This document shows, piece after piece, positions 50,470 through 64,000 of a DNA stretch of 64,000 bases. Positions within the stretch are counted from its first letter, which is position 1. Each line of letters opens with the position of its first letter. Position numbers and translations under genes: made by a program. The notes under the pieces are model-generated. The model was not told the origin of the DNA, made no database searches, and was given only the letters and a program-made list of their open reading frames with translations. This DNA is from Laetmonice hystrix (taxonomy: Eukaryota), in contig OZ249436.1 of assembly GCA_965235115.1 (NCBI GenBank), positions 19,656,001 to 19,720,000 on the forward strand, written 5' to 3'.

Positions 50470-50705
50470 TTCACCGTACAAGAGAAATATCTGATGAAAT
50501 ATTAGGAACTACATTTGCGGAGGGAAATCAGCTATAGTCGCAAGTCGGTTGGCCAATTTTGGGATGATTCGAAATACTTCGGGTGTCGGATGTTTCCGAC
50601 TAGGCACTTCCGTACAACATAGCGGCTGCATTTGATTTCTCCGAAGATTTAAATGTTTGTGTGGCATCATATTCTGACAGTCTGCGCCGTAAAAGTAAAA
50701 ACAAG
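50470..50705 (-). mobile_element. Interspersed repeat family, copy 3 of 3
   Basis: Reverse complement of 13220-13445. Confidence 0.85.
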
Positions 50706-51214
50706 TGATATACCCTGTCCGCGGTGACATATTCCATTATGGTGAATAAACCCGAAAAACTAGTGAAATCGACAAGAATTCCGGCAAAATCCGCCATTGT
50801 GGCATCCCTCAAAACCCCCCTGAGCCCATCAACAGGTTGTATGATCACGTGACTGTCGCGTGATCGAGCTAGATGTAAACAAACGGGTCATGTGGCCGAG
50901 TATCAACACAGCGGCATCTACAAAATACGAAACTGGCCTTCCACGGTCACCGTCGCCTCCTGGTCATACCAGCGACCGGACGGCGTCGATATTTATGACG
51001 GTATAAAGTACGCGCAGACGGTTGAAAACACGGTCTCGGTGGCTGCCGCGGCCGCCTCCAAACGTCATACGCCGACCGTCTTGTCCTAATTGGCACTTTT
51101 CTTCAAAATTTATCAGGCTAAGACACTAAAACTATTTTCATAGTGGTAGAACATATTAATCTTTATGTATGACACGTTTGATAATGATTGATTGCGAAGT
51201 TGATGAAATATACG

Positions 51215-51502
51215 GCTGTTTGAGTAGACCTACATCGACTCTGTCTGAGCTGTTTGAGTAGGCCTACATCGACTCTGTCTGAGCTGTTTGAGTAGGCCTA
51301 CATCGACTCTGTCTGAGCTGTTTGAGTAGGCCTACATCGACTCTGTCTGAGCTGTTTGAGTAGGCCTACATCGACTCTGTCTGAGCTGTTTGAGTAGGCC
51401 TACATCGACTCTGTCTGAGCTGTTTGAGTAGGCCCACATCGACTCTGTCTGAGCTGTTTGAGTAGGCCTACATCGACTCCGACCCTGTCTGAGCGGTTTG
51501 AG
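51215..51502. repeat. 34-bp minisatellite
   Basis: (GCTGTTTGAGTAGGCCTACATCGACTCTGTCTGA)n. Confidence 0.96.
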
Positions 51503-52981
51503 GCGGCCGAGCTAAACGGCGGCCTAGATCAATGTAGATCTACACCGATAACACACTACCTACCAGATTGACGCACGAGCCTTATCTTTTTCAACAGGTT
51601 TGTAATTTTCCTTCTTACAGCTAAGAAATGTGTAGTAGGCCTACATACACATCTATGGATAAGTTAATCATGTCTACGCGCCTCACTGACTCGCGAGGCC
51701 GAGTTTACGGCCAAACTATGTGTTTACTCTGTGTTTGTGTCTCGCACGTGGATAGCATGCCCTCAGACGCGTCTGTTAGATAGGGAACCAGGCTAGCACG
51801 TAGAGGGAGCCCGGAGCAAACTTCCGGTAAAATGTCCGCCCCAAAATGTAGTTCCCTTCGAAGTCTCAAGATTTTATCTAGAAGGGTCCTGACAATTACG
51901 ACAGGCTTTAGTTGTTATCGGGGTAGAATCTATATAAGTGGAAGATCAAGTACAGTGGTGTGCAATCAGTTAAATTAATATCCTAATCCCGAATTTTCTC
52001 CTGTATCACACGTTGGTTGCGTCCTCAAGAACTGCATAGAAAGTCACGTGAGGGAATTCCCTTCCAGTTTCAATCCAATGGCGGTGAAATCATGTCGGAT
52101 TACTATCGTGACTATGTCGTGACAGATTCTGCTGTATCGAATCCAAATCGTAACAATGTCCTGTGTTGTCTGCACGGTGTCTGGACGATGTCCTGTGGAA
52201 CGGGCATGATTTGGAGAATTTTTTTCATTGCCATTTCTTGCCGATTGAGTCCAGATTGCGTCCAGATCTTGCCGAATGCGAACCGTCACTGTCTGATCAC
52301 TGTCCGATCTCTGTCGGATCGCAGAATCGGATTGAGAACGGGATAATCGGGACGAATTCGGCTGGAAACGGCTGAATCGGGACGCCTCCTGAACAATATC
52401 TGATTGTTGTCGTGATTAAATAAATGTTTTTACTAATTTCCAGCCACGAATCAGAGGATCTTGATCCGACTTTTAACATATTTTAATCGGGAATGATCCT
52501 ATCAAGGACGGCAGTAAAAATCCTGAATGTGTGACTGAGGCCTATAGAGTACTTTATTTTTAGACCATTTCTATAAAATAGGCCTTAATACCACCCGGAA
52601 ACCACCTTTGAATTGCGTTCTCTCTACACAATTTTTTTGCGAAATAACACGTCTAAGGTGGAATTTTCGATACAATGCCTTTAATTTCAAGGTTAGAACC
52701 ATAGAAATACATTAAAACAATATGCTTCGCTCGACTGAATATAGCGCTCCAGGCCCTTCGCTGACCAGTTAGCTATCAAGCATACATGCCAAGGGTCCCC
52801 AACTGATAAATGCACAGTTGAGTGAGCACAACCCCCATATAGTATGTACAGACCACGATATATGGGACAGTGGTGGTCAGTCCTGGTGGCCAGTTTGTGG
52901 TGGTGCGGCCTCGACCGCTTTCAGTGAACCATGACGATCACGCGATCACGTGATTCTGTCGGTCCATGCTCTGCCTATGAC

Positions 52982-53471
52982 TGTACGGTGGCCCAGAAGT
53001 ACACTAATAAAAACTTGACTTACGGGAAACCTTTAAACCTTCACTGAGGGCCTAAAAGTCCAACATATTTTAATTTAACGACCTCAATTTTACCGGAACG
53101 GTATTCGCAAACGCGTCGCAACGTCGCAATGTCCGTCGGGGCAACCGATCCTCAAGGTCGCCATCAGCAGTCTGATCAATTCTGTTGACCCTTCTGAGAC
53201 GAGTGAGACCTTCCCAAACCGCGTTCCATCTGCTGCTGCGACCTACACATCCACAGTGGCCCCATCAGGAACTGCATATCAACACTGCACCTTCAACATT
53301 AGGGCCTACTGTCGAGGCTGGCCGCCGCACTTAATTGCTCGAGTTGGCAAAATAAATGATTAACTCATTCTCGTTTTACTATTTGTCCCATGGGCAAAAG
53401 AAATTATGATAACCACTATAATTCGCTCACTAAAATGCCCAGCTATACTTGTACTTCTGGGCTACCGTACA
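52982..53471. mobile_element. Non-autonomous DNA transposon with about 20-bp TIRs, TA-flanked
   Basis: TGTACGGTGGCCCAGAAGTACA ... TGTACTTCTGGGCTACCGTACA; a related end TGTACGGTGGCCATAAAGTACA lies at about 59369. Confidence 0.75.
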
Positions 53472-53969
53472 ATGGGTGACGATCACACGAGCGCCCCCTA
53501 TACTGTAGGTAAGCAGATCAGTACCCTCTCTGAAAATAATATTTTGCGCCTAATATACGATATCGACTGATATTTTCGAGAAAAAAACACGAGATGAAAT
53601 CGAGGATTTTTTTTTCGAGAGAAAAAAAAACAACCGAGGGGTGCTATCTATAAAACCCCGAGCTAAGTGAGGGGTTTTATAGATAGCAACCCGAGGAAAA
53701 CACCACTGACTAATGCCGCCGTCTATAACTAGTCCAGGTTCAGCCGGCTGACAAATGAGTCCTAACCGAGAGGTTACGTCATTGAGAGAGAGGACCGAAA
53801 GGTTGGTCAACTGTGGTGCTCCGTGCCCGCTGAACCTTTGTGCTACAGCTCGCTGATCGCTCAACCGTGGTCATAATTTGGCTGCAAAACGGTGCCATAT
53901 GGCTACCCGTGGTATGTACAGCATCATATTGATACATCATATCATATTAATAAAGATTCACACATTACA

Positions 53970-56250
53970 CATGGCCTTGATGCGGGGTATAAGTTTAAGT
54001 AGTAGGCCTGCAAACAGGGCCTTGATGTGTGGTATAAGGAGTATATGCAAACAGGGCCTTGATGTGGGGTATAAGTATACAAACAGGGCCTTGATGTGAG
54101 GTATAAGTAGTATATGCAAACAGGGCCTTAATGTGGGGTATAAGTAGTATATGCAAACAGGGCCTTGATGTGGGGTATAAGTAGTATATACAAACAGGGC
54201 CTTGATGTGGGGTATAAGTAGTACAAACAGGGCCTTGATGTGGGGTATAAGTAGTATATGCAAACAGGGCCTTGATGTGGGGTATAAGTATATGCAAACA
54301 GGGCCTTGATGTGGGGTATAAGTAGTATATACAAACAGGGCCTTGATGTGGGGTATAAGTAGTGTATACAAACAGGGCCTTGATGTGTGGTATAAGTAGT
54401 GTATACAAACAGGGCCTTGATGTGGGGTATAAGATAGTGTATACAAACAGGGCCTTGATGTGGGGTATAATACAAACAGGGCCTTGATGTGTGGTATAAG
54501 TAGTGTATACAAACAGGGCCTTGATGTGTGGTATAAGTAGTGTATACAAACAGGGCCTTGATGTGGGGTATAAGATAGTGTATACAAACAGGGCCTTGAT
54601 GTGGGGTATAATACAAACAGGGCCTTGATGTGTGGTATAAGTAGTGTATGCAAACAGGGCCTTGATGTGTGGTATAAGTAGTGTATACAAACAGGGCCTT
54701 AATGTGTGGTATAAGTAGTGTATACAAACAGGGCCTTGATGTGGGGTATAAGTAGTGTATACAAACAGGGCCTTGATGTGTGGTATAAGTAGTGTATGCA
54801 AACAGGACCTTGATGTGGGGTATAAGTAGTATATACAAACAGGGCCTTGATGTGTGGTATAAGTAGTGTATGCAAACAGGGCCTTGATGTGGGGTATAAG
54901 TAGTCTATACAAACAGGGACTTGATGTGGGGTATAATACAAACAGGGCCTTGATGTGGGGTATAAGTAGTGTATGCAAACAGGGCCTTGATGTGTGGTAT
55001 AAGTAGTGTATACAAACAGGGCCTTGATGTGGGGTATAATACAAACAGGGCCTTGATGTGGGGTATAGGTAGTGTATACAAACAGGGCCTTGATGTGGGG
55101 TATAAGTAGTGTATGCAAACAGGGCCTTGATGTGGGGTATAATACAAACAGGGCCTTGATGTGGGGTATAAGTAGTGTATGCAAACAGGGCCTTGATGTG
55201 GGGTATAAGTAGTGTATACAAACAGGGCCTTGATGTGGGGTATAAGTAGTCTATGCAAACAGGGCCTTGATGTGGGGTATAATACAAACAGGGCCTTGAT
55301 GTGGGGTATAAGTAGTGTATACAAACAGGGCCTTGATGTGGGGTATAAGTAGTATATACAAACAGGGCCTTGATGTGGGGTATAAGTAGTGTATACCAAC
55401 GGGGCCTTGATGTGGGGTATAAGTAGTGTATGCAAACAGGGCCTTGATGTGGGGTATAATAAAAACAGGGCCTTGATGTGGGGTATAAGTAGTGTATACA
55501 AACACGGCCTTGATGTGGGGTATAAGTAGTGTATACCAACAGGGCCTTGATGTGGGGTATAAGTAGTGTATGCAAACAGGGCCTTGATGTGGGGTATAAT
55601 ACAAACAGGGCCTTGATGTGGGGTATAGGTAGTGTATACAAACAGGGCCTTGATGTGGGGTATAAGTAGTGTATGCAAACAGGGCCTTGATGTGGGGTAT
55701 AATACAAACAGGGCCTTGATGTGGGGTATAAGTAGTGTATACAAACAGGGCCTTGATGTGGGGTATAAGTAGTGTATGCAAACAGGGCCTTGATGTGAGG
55801 TATAATACAAACAGGGCCATGATGTGGGGTATAAGTAGTGTATACAAACAGGGCCTTGATGTGAGGTATAATACAAACAGGGCCATGATGTGGGGTATAA
55901 GTAGTGTATACAAACAGGGCCTTGATGTGGGGTATAATACAAACAGGGCCTTGATGTGGGGTATAAGTAGTGTATACAAACAGGGCCTTGATGTGGGGTA
56001 TAAGTAGTGTATGCAAACAGGGCCTTGATGTGAGGTATAATACAAACAGGGCCATGATGTGGGGTATAAGTAGTGTATACAAACAGGGCCTTGATGTGGG
56101 GTATAAGTAGTGTATGCAAACAGGGCCTTGATGTGGGGTATAAGTAGTGTATACAAACAGGGCCTTGATGTGGGGTATAAGTAGTGTATACAAACAGGGC
56201 CTTGATGTGTGGTATAATACAAACATGCCCTTGATGTGGGGTATAAGTAC
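53970..56250. repeat. 2.3-kb 37/29-bp satellite
   Basis: (CAAACAGGGCCTTGATGTGGGGTATAAGTAGTGTATA)n with 29-bp short variants. Confidence 0.98.
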
Positions 56251-56957
56251 TGTCCTTCTTTAGTGTTTCCCTCCGTGTAGCATAGAATGTGGGTCTCCCA
56301 CGATACTGGGGTTTATATTTTCAGCCACAGAGACCCTTACAATACTGATAGTAGATACAAAAGACTGTTTCCGATTTATTTTACTGGCTTGTCACTACTC
56401 ATTCCCGTGTTAATTCTGGACTGTTCAAATATACCATGTCGTGACCGTTTGAAATCTAGAGCAGCAATTGGATGTGGAAGCCACCACCAAACCTTTAATA
56501 CGACTCGCCATCATGGTTATCCCACAATGAAGGTAGTTTCACATTACGATGTGAGTCGTACTTTAATTAGTACAAAAGGTCTGCACTGCGGCCAGGCATT
56601 ATCGTCAATCTATTTCAACATCAATATTTCTTGCCTCTTGACAAGAACATGCTCCCGAACCGCATTTTGCGATGTGACAAATCCTTCCTTCTTCTGATTT
56701 CAACAGTACCACAATCAACTAATAAAGTCTATTCCGGGAAAGCTGACGGTTCAAATCATGACATTTAGGAACTTTACGGCGGGAAAAACTGCTGACGACG
56801 CATGATAGAAGTGGCATTATCATGCGCGAGGATAAAAGCGTGTCATGCTCCGGGTGTGAAAAATTACGCGAATTGAAAAATTGTCCAGGTGTCATTCTGA
56901 ACCCAGCTCACCATGTCACGGGCACAGTTGTTATAAAGTAAAATGGGTTCGCAAGCA

Positions 56958-57525
56958 CGCCGTCGACCGCCGCCACCCGCTAGTGACAACCTCCGACCGC
57001 CACCGACCGCCACCGACCACCACCGACCGCCACCGACCGCCACCGACAGCCACCGACCGCCACCGACAGCCACCGACCGCCACCGACAGCCTCCGACCGC
57101 CGCCGGCCGCCACCGACCATCACCGACCACCACCGACCGTCACCGACCGCCACCGACCGCCACCGACAGCCACCGACCGCCACCGACCCCCGCCGACCCC
57201 GCCGACCCCCGCCGACCCCCGCCGACCCCCGCCGACCCCCGCCGACCGCCGCTAGTGACAACCTCCGACCGCCACAGACTGCCACCGACCGTCACCGACC
57301 GCCACCAACAGCCACCAACCGCCACCGGCAGCCGCCGACCGCCGCCGGCCGCCACCGACCGTCACCGACCGCCTCCGACCGTCACCGACCGTCACCGACC
57401 GCCACCGATAGCCACCGACTGCCACCGACAGCCACCAACAGCCACCGACCGCCGCCGACCGTCACCGACCGCCACCGACAGACACCGACAAACACCGACA
57501 GCCGCCGACCGCCGCCGACTACTGC
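56958..57525. repeat. 10-bp GC-rich tandem repeat
   Basis: (CCGACCGCCA)n degenerate, in two blocks each headed by CCGCTAGTGACAACCT. Confidence 0.95.
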
Positions 57526-58938
57526 CGAATGCACTGATAGGCTGTCATACACGTTATGTATCATTGATAAAAGCACGACGCATGTATGCGAGCATGCGAT
57601 TTCGGATGTGCCTGGTAACAGATGTCAGAACCCTGGAGAAACCGGATGATTCCTGAATGCAGCCTCTAGTTACGAGGTCAGAGAACTGACATCTGTCGTC
57701 TGTCAGGGCGCCCACACACCTTTCTATGTCGTGTTTTGTATGGCAACCGATACAGTTTAGTTATCTAAACATTGAGAATCTAGAACATGGTACCAATGCT
57801 GGAGCCTTGTCTCAATTTCACTTTTAGAGAATCAATCTAAAGTCGTTCTTTCTTTGTTTTCTTTTTCATCCCTGTCAACCGGACAAATCGACTGAGGTCA
57901 TGTCCTTGAACCGAGGCATGCGATTCTGAAGCAATTATTTGATTTCATTTTGATTTTGAGTTTATAGGATGAAACCTATTTCCAGAGTCAGGCACGGACA
58001 ACCATCAAACATAAAGGAGTAAGTATCCACCAAATAAAACCCCAGCTCCCAGACACCGCCGACCCAACGTTTCCTACCCAGTTACTACCCTTAGAGACAC
58101 GCAAGAAGTAGAGACCAAAAGATCTAAACAGCTGGCAGGAGGGCAGGTTGATTGCTCATGATTTAAGTGAACCTAGAGGATTTATGTTTTTGCGTCCCCA
58201 CCCTCCAGGTCATGTCAGTACGGTAATGGGGCTGGCTGCCGGATTACCACCATCACTGTGTGTATTACTCCGCCGTGAGAATCTTTCAGCTGTAAAAGCG
58301 CTCCTAGTACCGAAAAGTGGCACCAGGTGGCCTTCTAAAATGACCCAGGCAGCGCATGATTAGTGTCAATACTCGGGTTAATGCACTAGTCCTGTGACAG
58401 AGCGAGTTTAGTGTGAATAATCAGGTTAATGCACTTGTAATGGACGTGAACTGTGCAGTATATTAAGTAGTTATAACTATTACTATAATGTGACATGTTT
58501 CTGACGAGAATGATGACGTTGACGTGTACCTTTGTACGCATCATCTCCCCTCCCCCCAGATTATATCAAATCGCGACTCGCTATTAGGGGGCTATATTTT
58601 GTAAGACCGTCCATTTAAAGGTTCTTTATAATCAACGATATATTTTTACAAAGTATTACAATTTTAAGAACATATAGTTTTACAAAGTGTTACAATTTAA
58701 TCTTAGATTAAACGGCAGTATCTACTGGGAGGAAGAGGGGTGGAAAACCAAAATAAACATTAAAAACGCGAAATATAAAGAAAGAAAAAAACAGAACAAG
58801 AGGAACAAGAAGAACAGGACACGTCCTTTTAACGAAGATTCGAGATCTAGTACACAAATTTTTGGGGCGATACGTCATTTTTATAATATGTTAATATTAT
58901 ACAGAGACGATGAGATATAACGGTAAAGTAAACATTAC

Positions 58939-59143
58939 CACTTGGGAAGTTGGAGCGCCTCGGGCCGACCTGGTCGACCCCCAGCCTGTGGACGGGCCAG
59001 CTGTAGGCGTGGCCGCCGATCACCGAACCGTTGAGACCGGGTGCCATGCGGCCGGCGGGCGGTCCGGGTCCGCGGGGTAGGGAACTCGTAACGGGTCGGC
59101 CCGGTGGTAGGGCCGTCTGGTCCACAACGCGCATCAGTCCCAT
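58939..59143 (-). CDS. Probable first coding exon of the synaptotagmin-15-like gene (luminal N-terminal segment)
   Basis: GC-rich ORF MGLMRVVDQTALPPG...NGS...RRSNFPS. ATG is in a good context (AAG ATG G) with an in-frame TAG two codons upstream. The phase-1 donor G|GTAATG matches the phase-1 acceptor CCTGTTGCAG|GT at 47855. Confidence 0.6.
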
Positions 59144-60635
59144 CTTCTATCTAACGTACTCCGTCTAATGTGAAGATGTTGATCTTATCATGTCCCATTG
59201 TGAGGGAGTTCACATGGCGCACGTGGCGATGCAATCTCAGCACGCCGCCTTGAGAAAGTTCTCTGGCATGAGTGGCCAAGATTCTGGGCTTAGAGAGGCT
59301 GGAGGCGTCAGTTTGAGCGTCGGCAGGACTGTGTGTAGCACACGGCGCTTCGAGCTGTTCTTATAGTTTGTACGGTGGCCATAAAGTACAAGCATTCTTC
59401 GCTGGGATTCCTCTAATACGCTGACCAGTTTTCTGTACTACGTTGTCGTTTATCTGCCGCGCTGAAAATTTCTCATTTTCTTCTCCGAGAAATGACAGCC
59501 CAGTTGGAAATCTGGTAAGCGTGCTAAAAGCTGGTTTGTTTTTGGAAAGAACTGTGCAGCAGGTTAGCAGAGAACCCCGAAAGCGGTTGGTACTTTTCGG
59601 CCACCGTAAATTGGGCCGTGCGAAACACCCTGTGGCCGCTCACCGTGCCTCCTGTTGCCGCCCAGACGGAGACAAACTCCGGATCATTTTGTCGGCGGAG
59701 TGTCACCGGTGAAAATGGCATCAGTATGTTGTTCACATTCTCAGGTTAGGAAAGCTTGTACATGTTTTACACAGGCCTAATATTTAACGTCATGGAGCCC
59801 CCTCCCCCTCCCCCCATTTAGCGTGAACTGATTAATATGGGGGTTACATCGCGTCCTAAGGGCAAAAATCTGCCATGGGTAGATTGTTATTGATTTAAAA
59901 GGGTGCCTGTTTGACGAAAAGGCCGCTTTTCCCCCAAATCACCGTGTTTGGTGAAACCTGCATGTATAGGCACGTTCATAGGATCTAGGATTGTTATCTA
60001 TCGAACAAACAGCTGTACCAAGTCATGAATCATGTCATGCGACATGGCTCAGTTATAGTGAACGTGTCCATTTATTTTCAACTATTTTTTTTATAAGTAT
60101 ATCTGTCAGACGAAGGTCTCATGTTGCTCTGGACAGATAAGGCTATAGGACAGGGCTCATTCGTTACGCTGCTGGCGGGGGTCCGTTCCAGCTGCCAACA
60201 TTTAAAGTAATGTTTTACGGTGTGTATGTGTGTGTCCGCTCTATCCGTCTCCGAGTCTGTCATCATTGTCACGTGACCACGCCATACCCGCCCCGCCCCC
60301 GGCCAGATCGGATCACGTGGTGGCGAGAGATGGCGAGACCCCGCGGGAGCCTCTTGCTGTCGGCAGCTCTCAGCCTTCAAACCGCTCCACACTTTATGAT
60401 GTTTCCTGTGCGACGCCAGGGGAGGGGGAACTTTGGGGCTCTAAGTTCACTTCTGTGGGAGAGGGGGAAGAGGGCAGCTGATGTTGTTAAAGAGTATTTA
60501 CTGGTAGAAAGTCTCGGCCAAACCTGTATAAGGCCTAGTTTCCCCGATGTCCACCAACTCGTCTCAGATCTGACCTGATGTTGCGATGTAGAAGCCCAGT
60601 TAAATTATCCTTAAGTCATTCCATCATGATGTCGA

Positions 60636-61032
60636 TATCAAACAGACGGAGCCCATTCCCTGACTGTGGGACCTGTTGTATCAAACAGACGGAGCCCATC
60701 ATTCCCTGACTGTGGGACCTGTTGTATCAAACAGACGGAGCCCATCATTCCCTGACTGTGGGACCTGTTGTATCAAACAGACGGAGCCCATCATTCCGTG
60801 ACTGTGGGACCTGTTGTATCAAACAGACGGAGCCCATTCCCTGACTGTGGGACCTGTTGTATCAAACAGACGGAGCCCATTCCCTGACTGTGGGACCTGT
60901 TGTATCAAACAGGCGGAGCCCATTCCCTGACTGTGGGACCTGTTGTATCAAACAGACGGAGCCCATTCCCTGACTGTGGGACCTGTTGTATCAAACAGAC
61001 GGAGCCCATCATTCCCTGACTGTGGGACCTGT
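60636..61032. repeat. 42/45-bp minisatellite
   Basis: (TATCAAACAGACGGAGCCCAT[CAT]TCCCTGACTGTGGGACCTGTTG)n. Confidence 0.96.
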
Positions 61033-61493
61033 GTTTCCACCCTACCTGAGCCGCTTCGCATGGTTTACCCAGCGACGGGCAATGAATGCTGTCGGCTGAG
61101 GTGGCCTAATTGTAGGCCTAATTAGTATTACTCTGAGTCAGGATCTCCATACAAAGCAGAGATCAGAATCAGAGCTACTGGAACCTTTTCCACATGGGTT
61201 TGTATTGGAACATGGTCATAGCGTGAACCCTCCTAGTGAGTGGGCGGGAGGGGGGGGGACAAGGCCCTATGTTGTGCCACTGAGCAGAACTGTACATTCG
61301 GATTGAGCCCAGAGTCGTTCATGAACGAGCCGAGAGCTGACCTGCCCCCTGTCGACAAGATACGACACTAGAGCTTCAGCAGCCTACCCATACTCTCGTA
61401 CTACCCCGCCCTCTATCGGATAAACAAGTAACCCCCAGTGAGGACACTGGTCCTTTTAGCTATTGGAACGGCGCAAGGTTGGAGGTAGCTACT

Positions 61494-61651
61494 CAGGGCC
61501 GTGCCCAGGGGTGGGGGTGGGGGGGTGGTGGTCTGTAACCCCCCTAGGTGCCAAAAATTTCTTTTTTAGGCCTTTTAGGTCCTAACTAATACTTGGATCC
61601 GTCCACTGTAACACCCCCCCCCCCCCGCACCAATCTCTGGGCACGGCCCTA
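61494..61651. mobile_element. Short non-autonomous DNA transposon, 5-bp TSD (hAT5-like)
   Basis: CTACT|CAGGGCCGTGCCCAG...CTGGGCACGGCCCTA|CTACT. Confidence 0.7.
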
Positions 61652-61789
61652 CTACTGGAATACTTTTCGTTGGAATGACATTATGACTTCCTATAGTTCT
61701 CCACAAACTCCCATGTACTAGGTTTCACTTGGTTCCTAGACCGCCCAAAAACTTTTCCGTGTCGGTATCCCTTCCCCCTGACACGTAGC

Positions 61790-62382
61790 GCTGATTTCGG
61801 AGGTTCAGAGCACTCCCGAGTAATTTTGCCCTAGGTTCAGAGCACTCCCGAGTGATTTTGTGTCAGGTTCAGAGAACTCGAGTGATTTTGTCTCAGGTTC
61901 AGAGCACTCCCGAGTAATCTTGTCCCAGGTTCAGAGCACTCGAGTGATTTTGCCCTAGGTTCAGAGCACTCCCGAGTGATTTTGCCCTAGGTTCAGAGCA
62001 CTCGAGTGATTTTATCCCAGGTTCAGAGCACTCCCGAGTGATTTTGCCCTAGCTTCAGAGCACTCGAGTGATTTTGCCCTAGGTTCAGAGCACTCCCGAG
62101 TGATTTTGCCCTAGGTTCAGAGCACTCCCGAGTGATTTCGTCCTGGGTTCAGAGCACTCGAGTGATTTTGCCCTAGGTTCAGAGCACTCGAGTGATTTTG
62201 CCCTAGGTTCAGGGCACTCGAGTGATTTTGCCCTAGGTTCAGAGCACTGGAGTAATCTTGTCCTAGGTTCAGAGCACTCGAGTGATTTTGTCCTAGGTTC
62301 AGAGCACTCTCCAGTGATTTCGTCCTAGATTCCGAGCACTCGAGTGATTTTGCCCTAGGTTCAGAGCACTCTAGAATGATTT
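61790..62382. repeat. 30/32-bp minisatellite
   Basis: (AGGTTCAGAGCACT[CC]CGAGTGATTTTGCCCT)n. Confidence 0.96.
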
Positions 62383-64000
62383 TATACGAGGTAGTAGTTT
62401 GATACTCCTACACCGGTCCTTCTGATCTGAGATTTGTCTATAACCGGCAATATTAATGTTATAAAACATTCTGGTCCTACATGACTTAATAACATATAGT
62501 CGCGTCCCATCTTACTATGGTCTGGTTATTAACGATATCGTTTATTTACATAGGAGTCGATGACAGACCAACTGATTTTAACTGGTGGCCTCCCATTCAC
62601 TACCTAATGATATCGTTATAAACGAAACCTTTGTAAGACGTCAGGCAATCACAGAGCCCGCGCCAGCGCTCCGCAGGGTTTCAAAGCGGCGGATCGTACG
62701 GCCAATTCTCATTGACTCTACTATAAAGTAGTTTTATTTACGATACTAGAACCTGCCAACGTGCTCTTGGCGCAACACAAAATAGTAATTGTCTGGCGCC
62801 ATGAAATAGGGCAACTCCTAGCGGCAAGTGTACATGACTAGATGGATTGACCGTGTGATCTGGTTCATGCTTTGAACCATGTTTGCCGGACAGGAGCAGG
62901 AAGGGCCTAGTATGAACATGATTCTCACATTGTCATCAATTCCATGATGCAGCACGCCTGGGAAATCATAACTTTGCCACACGCAATTAACCGCGCATCT
63001 CAAATTAGATCGCAAGTGATGACTCGTATCGGAAATGTCGATGTAAACTTCTATAATTGCTAACCCCTCCTAATTAATCAGACTTAGTTGAGTGCCAATG
63101 CACTGCGTGTTTATTATTATTCACTAGGATCATTTCTAATCTGAGCAAAACAATCAACAGTAAACAAGAATTAACAACGAATAAGCATTTATTAACTTTT
63201 ATCTACATGTATATTCGACCCGCTGAGCCATGGGGCGGACTCTTTGTTAAGTGGACACCCCCCCCCCCATATTTTTTCTATACGGTGCTTACAAAGTGTT
63301 TGCAAACCGAGGGAGTGGGACCTACTGTTGGAACTGCCTATAGCGTACAATACATGTTCCGACGCTTCCATAGGAGCTCATAGTTAACGTCGCCTCAACC
63401 TGTAACGTGTACAATCAAATCAGTTCGTATGGAACACGCGTTCCATACGGACCACCATATTGAACCCCCCCCCCCCTTGAATGGCACTGGTAGAAACAAT
63501 GCGCATAATCCGTAGGCCTACAATCTGAAAATATGATTATAAGCCCTACGCGTCTGTATGCAAGTCTCAGTGTACAGCGTACTCGTGCATAGGGCAGCTC
63601 ATTTACTGTGGGTCTATTACGTACGTGTGACTAAACGGAGCGTGGCAATACCGCCATGCAAGGGGCCAACACCCGACTTGCGCGCCACCTGCCGGGTGTT
63701 GTCAGCATTTATCAAGCGCCCCAACTCCTTCAGACGAAAAAAACCCCGAAAACTCCGATAGGAATCCACTGAACTTGACCCTCGCCTGCTCTGGGCAATT
63801 ACTGCCGGGTATGGTGGGGCACGTGACCTTTGGAAAGTGGACGACACTAGAGATTAAAGGTTGACACTAAAACGAGAATCGGTCAATGGACAAGGTCAAG
63901 GCCATACAGTTAAGGAAGCGAAGTTTCCTGCCCAAAACGCTCCATTTTCTGACTAACGGAACTGGTTTTAATACAATTTATATTTTCATCCCTCAATATT

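Noticed and set aside
53958..56226. 743-aa and other long minus-strand ORFs
   Set aside because: They are translations of a 37/29-bp satellite that is almost stop-free on one strand in all frames; unit lengths are not multiples of 3 and there is no domain signal.
56881..57656. Pro/Thr/Arg-rich extensin- or mucin-like ORFs
   Set aside because: They come from a 10-bp tandem repeat that is open in multiple frames.
2845..62382. CRISPR-like arrays (30-50-bp periodic repeats)
   Set aside because: Units are contiguous with no unique spacers, there are no cas genes, and the context is spliceosomal and eukaryotic.

Overview
Intron-rich eukaryotic (animal, probably marine invertebrate) genomic DNA, not a prokaryotic locus. 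Manual splicing gives four genes: the last five exons of DRG2 (+), two tandem intact but diverged isoaspartyl peptidase/L-asparaginase (ASRGL1-like, Ntn-hydrolase) paralogues with identical intron positions (+), and a convergent synaptotagmin-15-like gene (TM + C2A + C2B, minus strand, 28.5-47.9 kb, probably with a first exon at 58.9-59.1 kb). Introns and intergenic DNA hold over 20 minisatellite arrays, many non-autonomous DNA transposons (TTAA-flanked, 5-bp-TSD, TA-flanked) and LINE remnants. Most long ORFs in the supplied track are repeat artefacts. I found no convincing novel multi-gene system. The most interesting signals are small. TAGGCCTA/TACATGTA insertions are pervasive and look like transposon excision footprints. 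Some minisatellites are built from gene parts (a splice acceptor plus start codon, and a stop codon). Other signals are a duplicated acceptor/exon start in the SYT15-like gene, a triple NAG acceptor beside the asparaginase autocleavage site, and a covarying DNA hairpin element.
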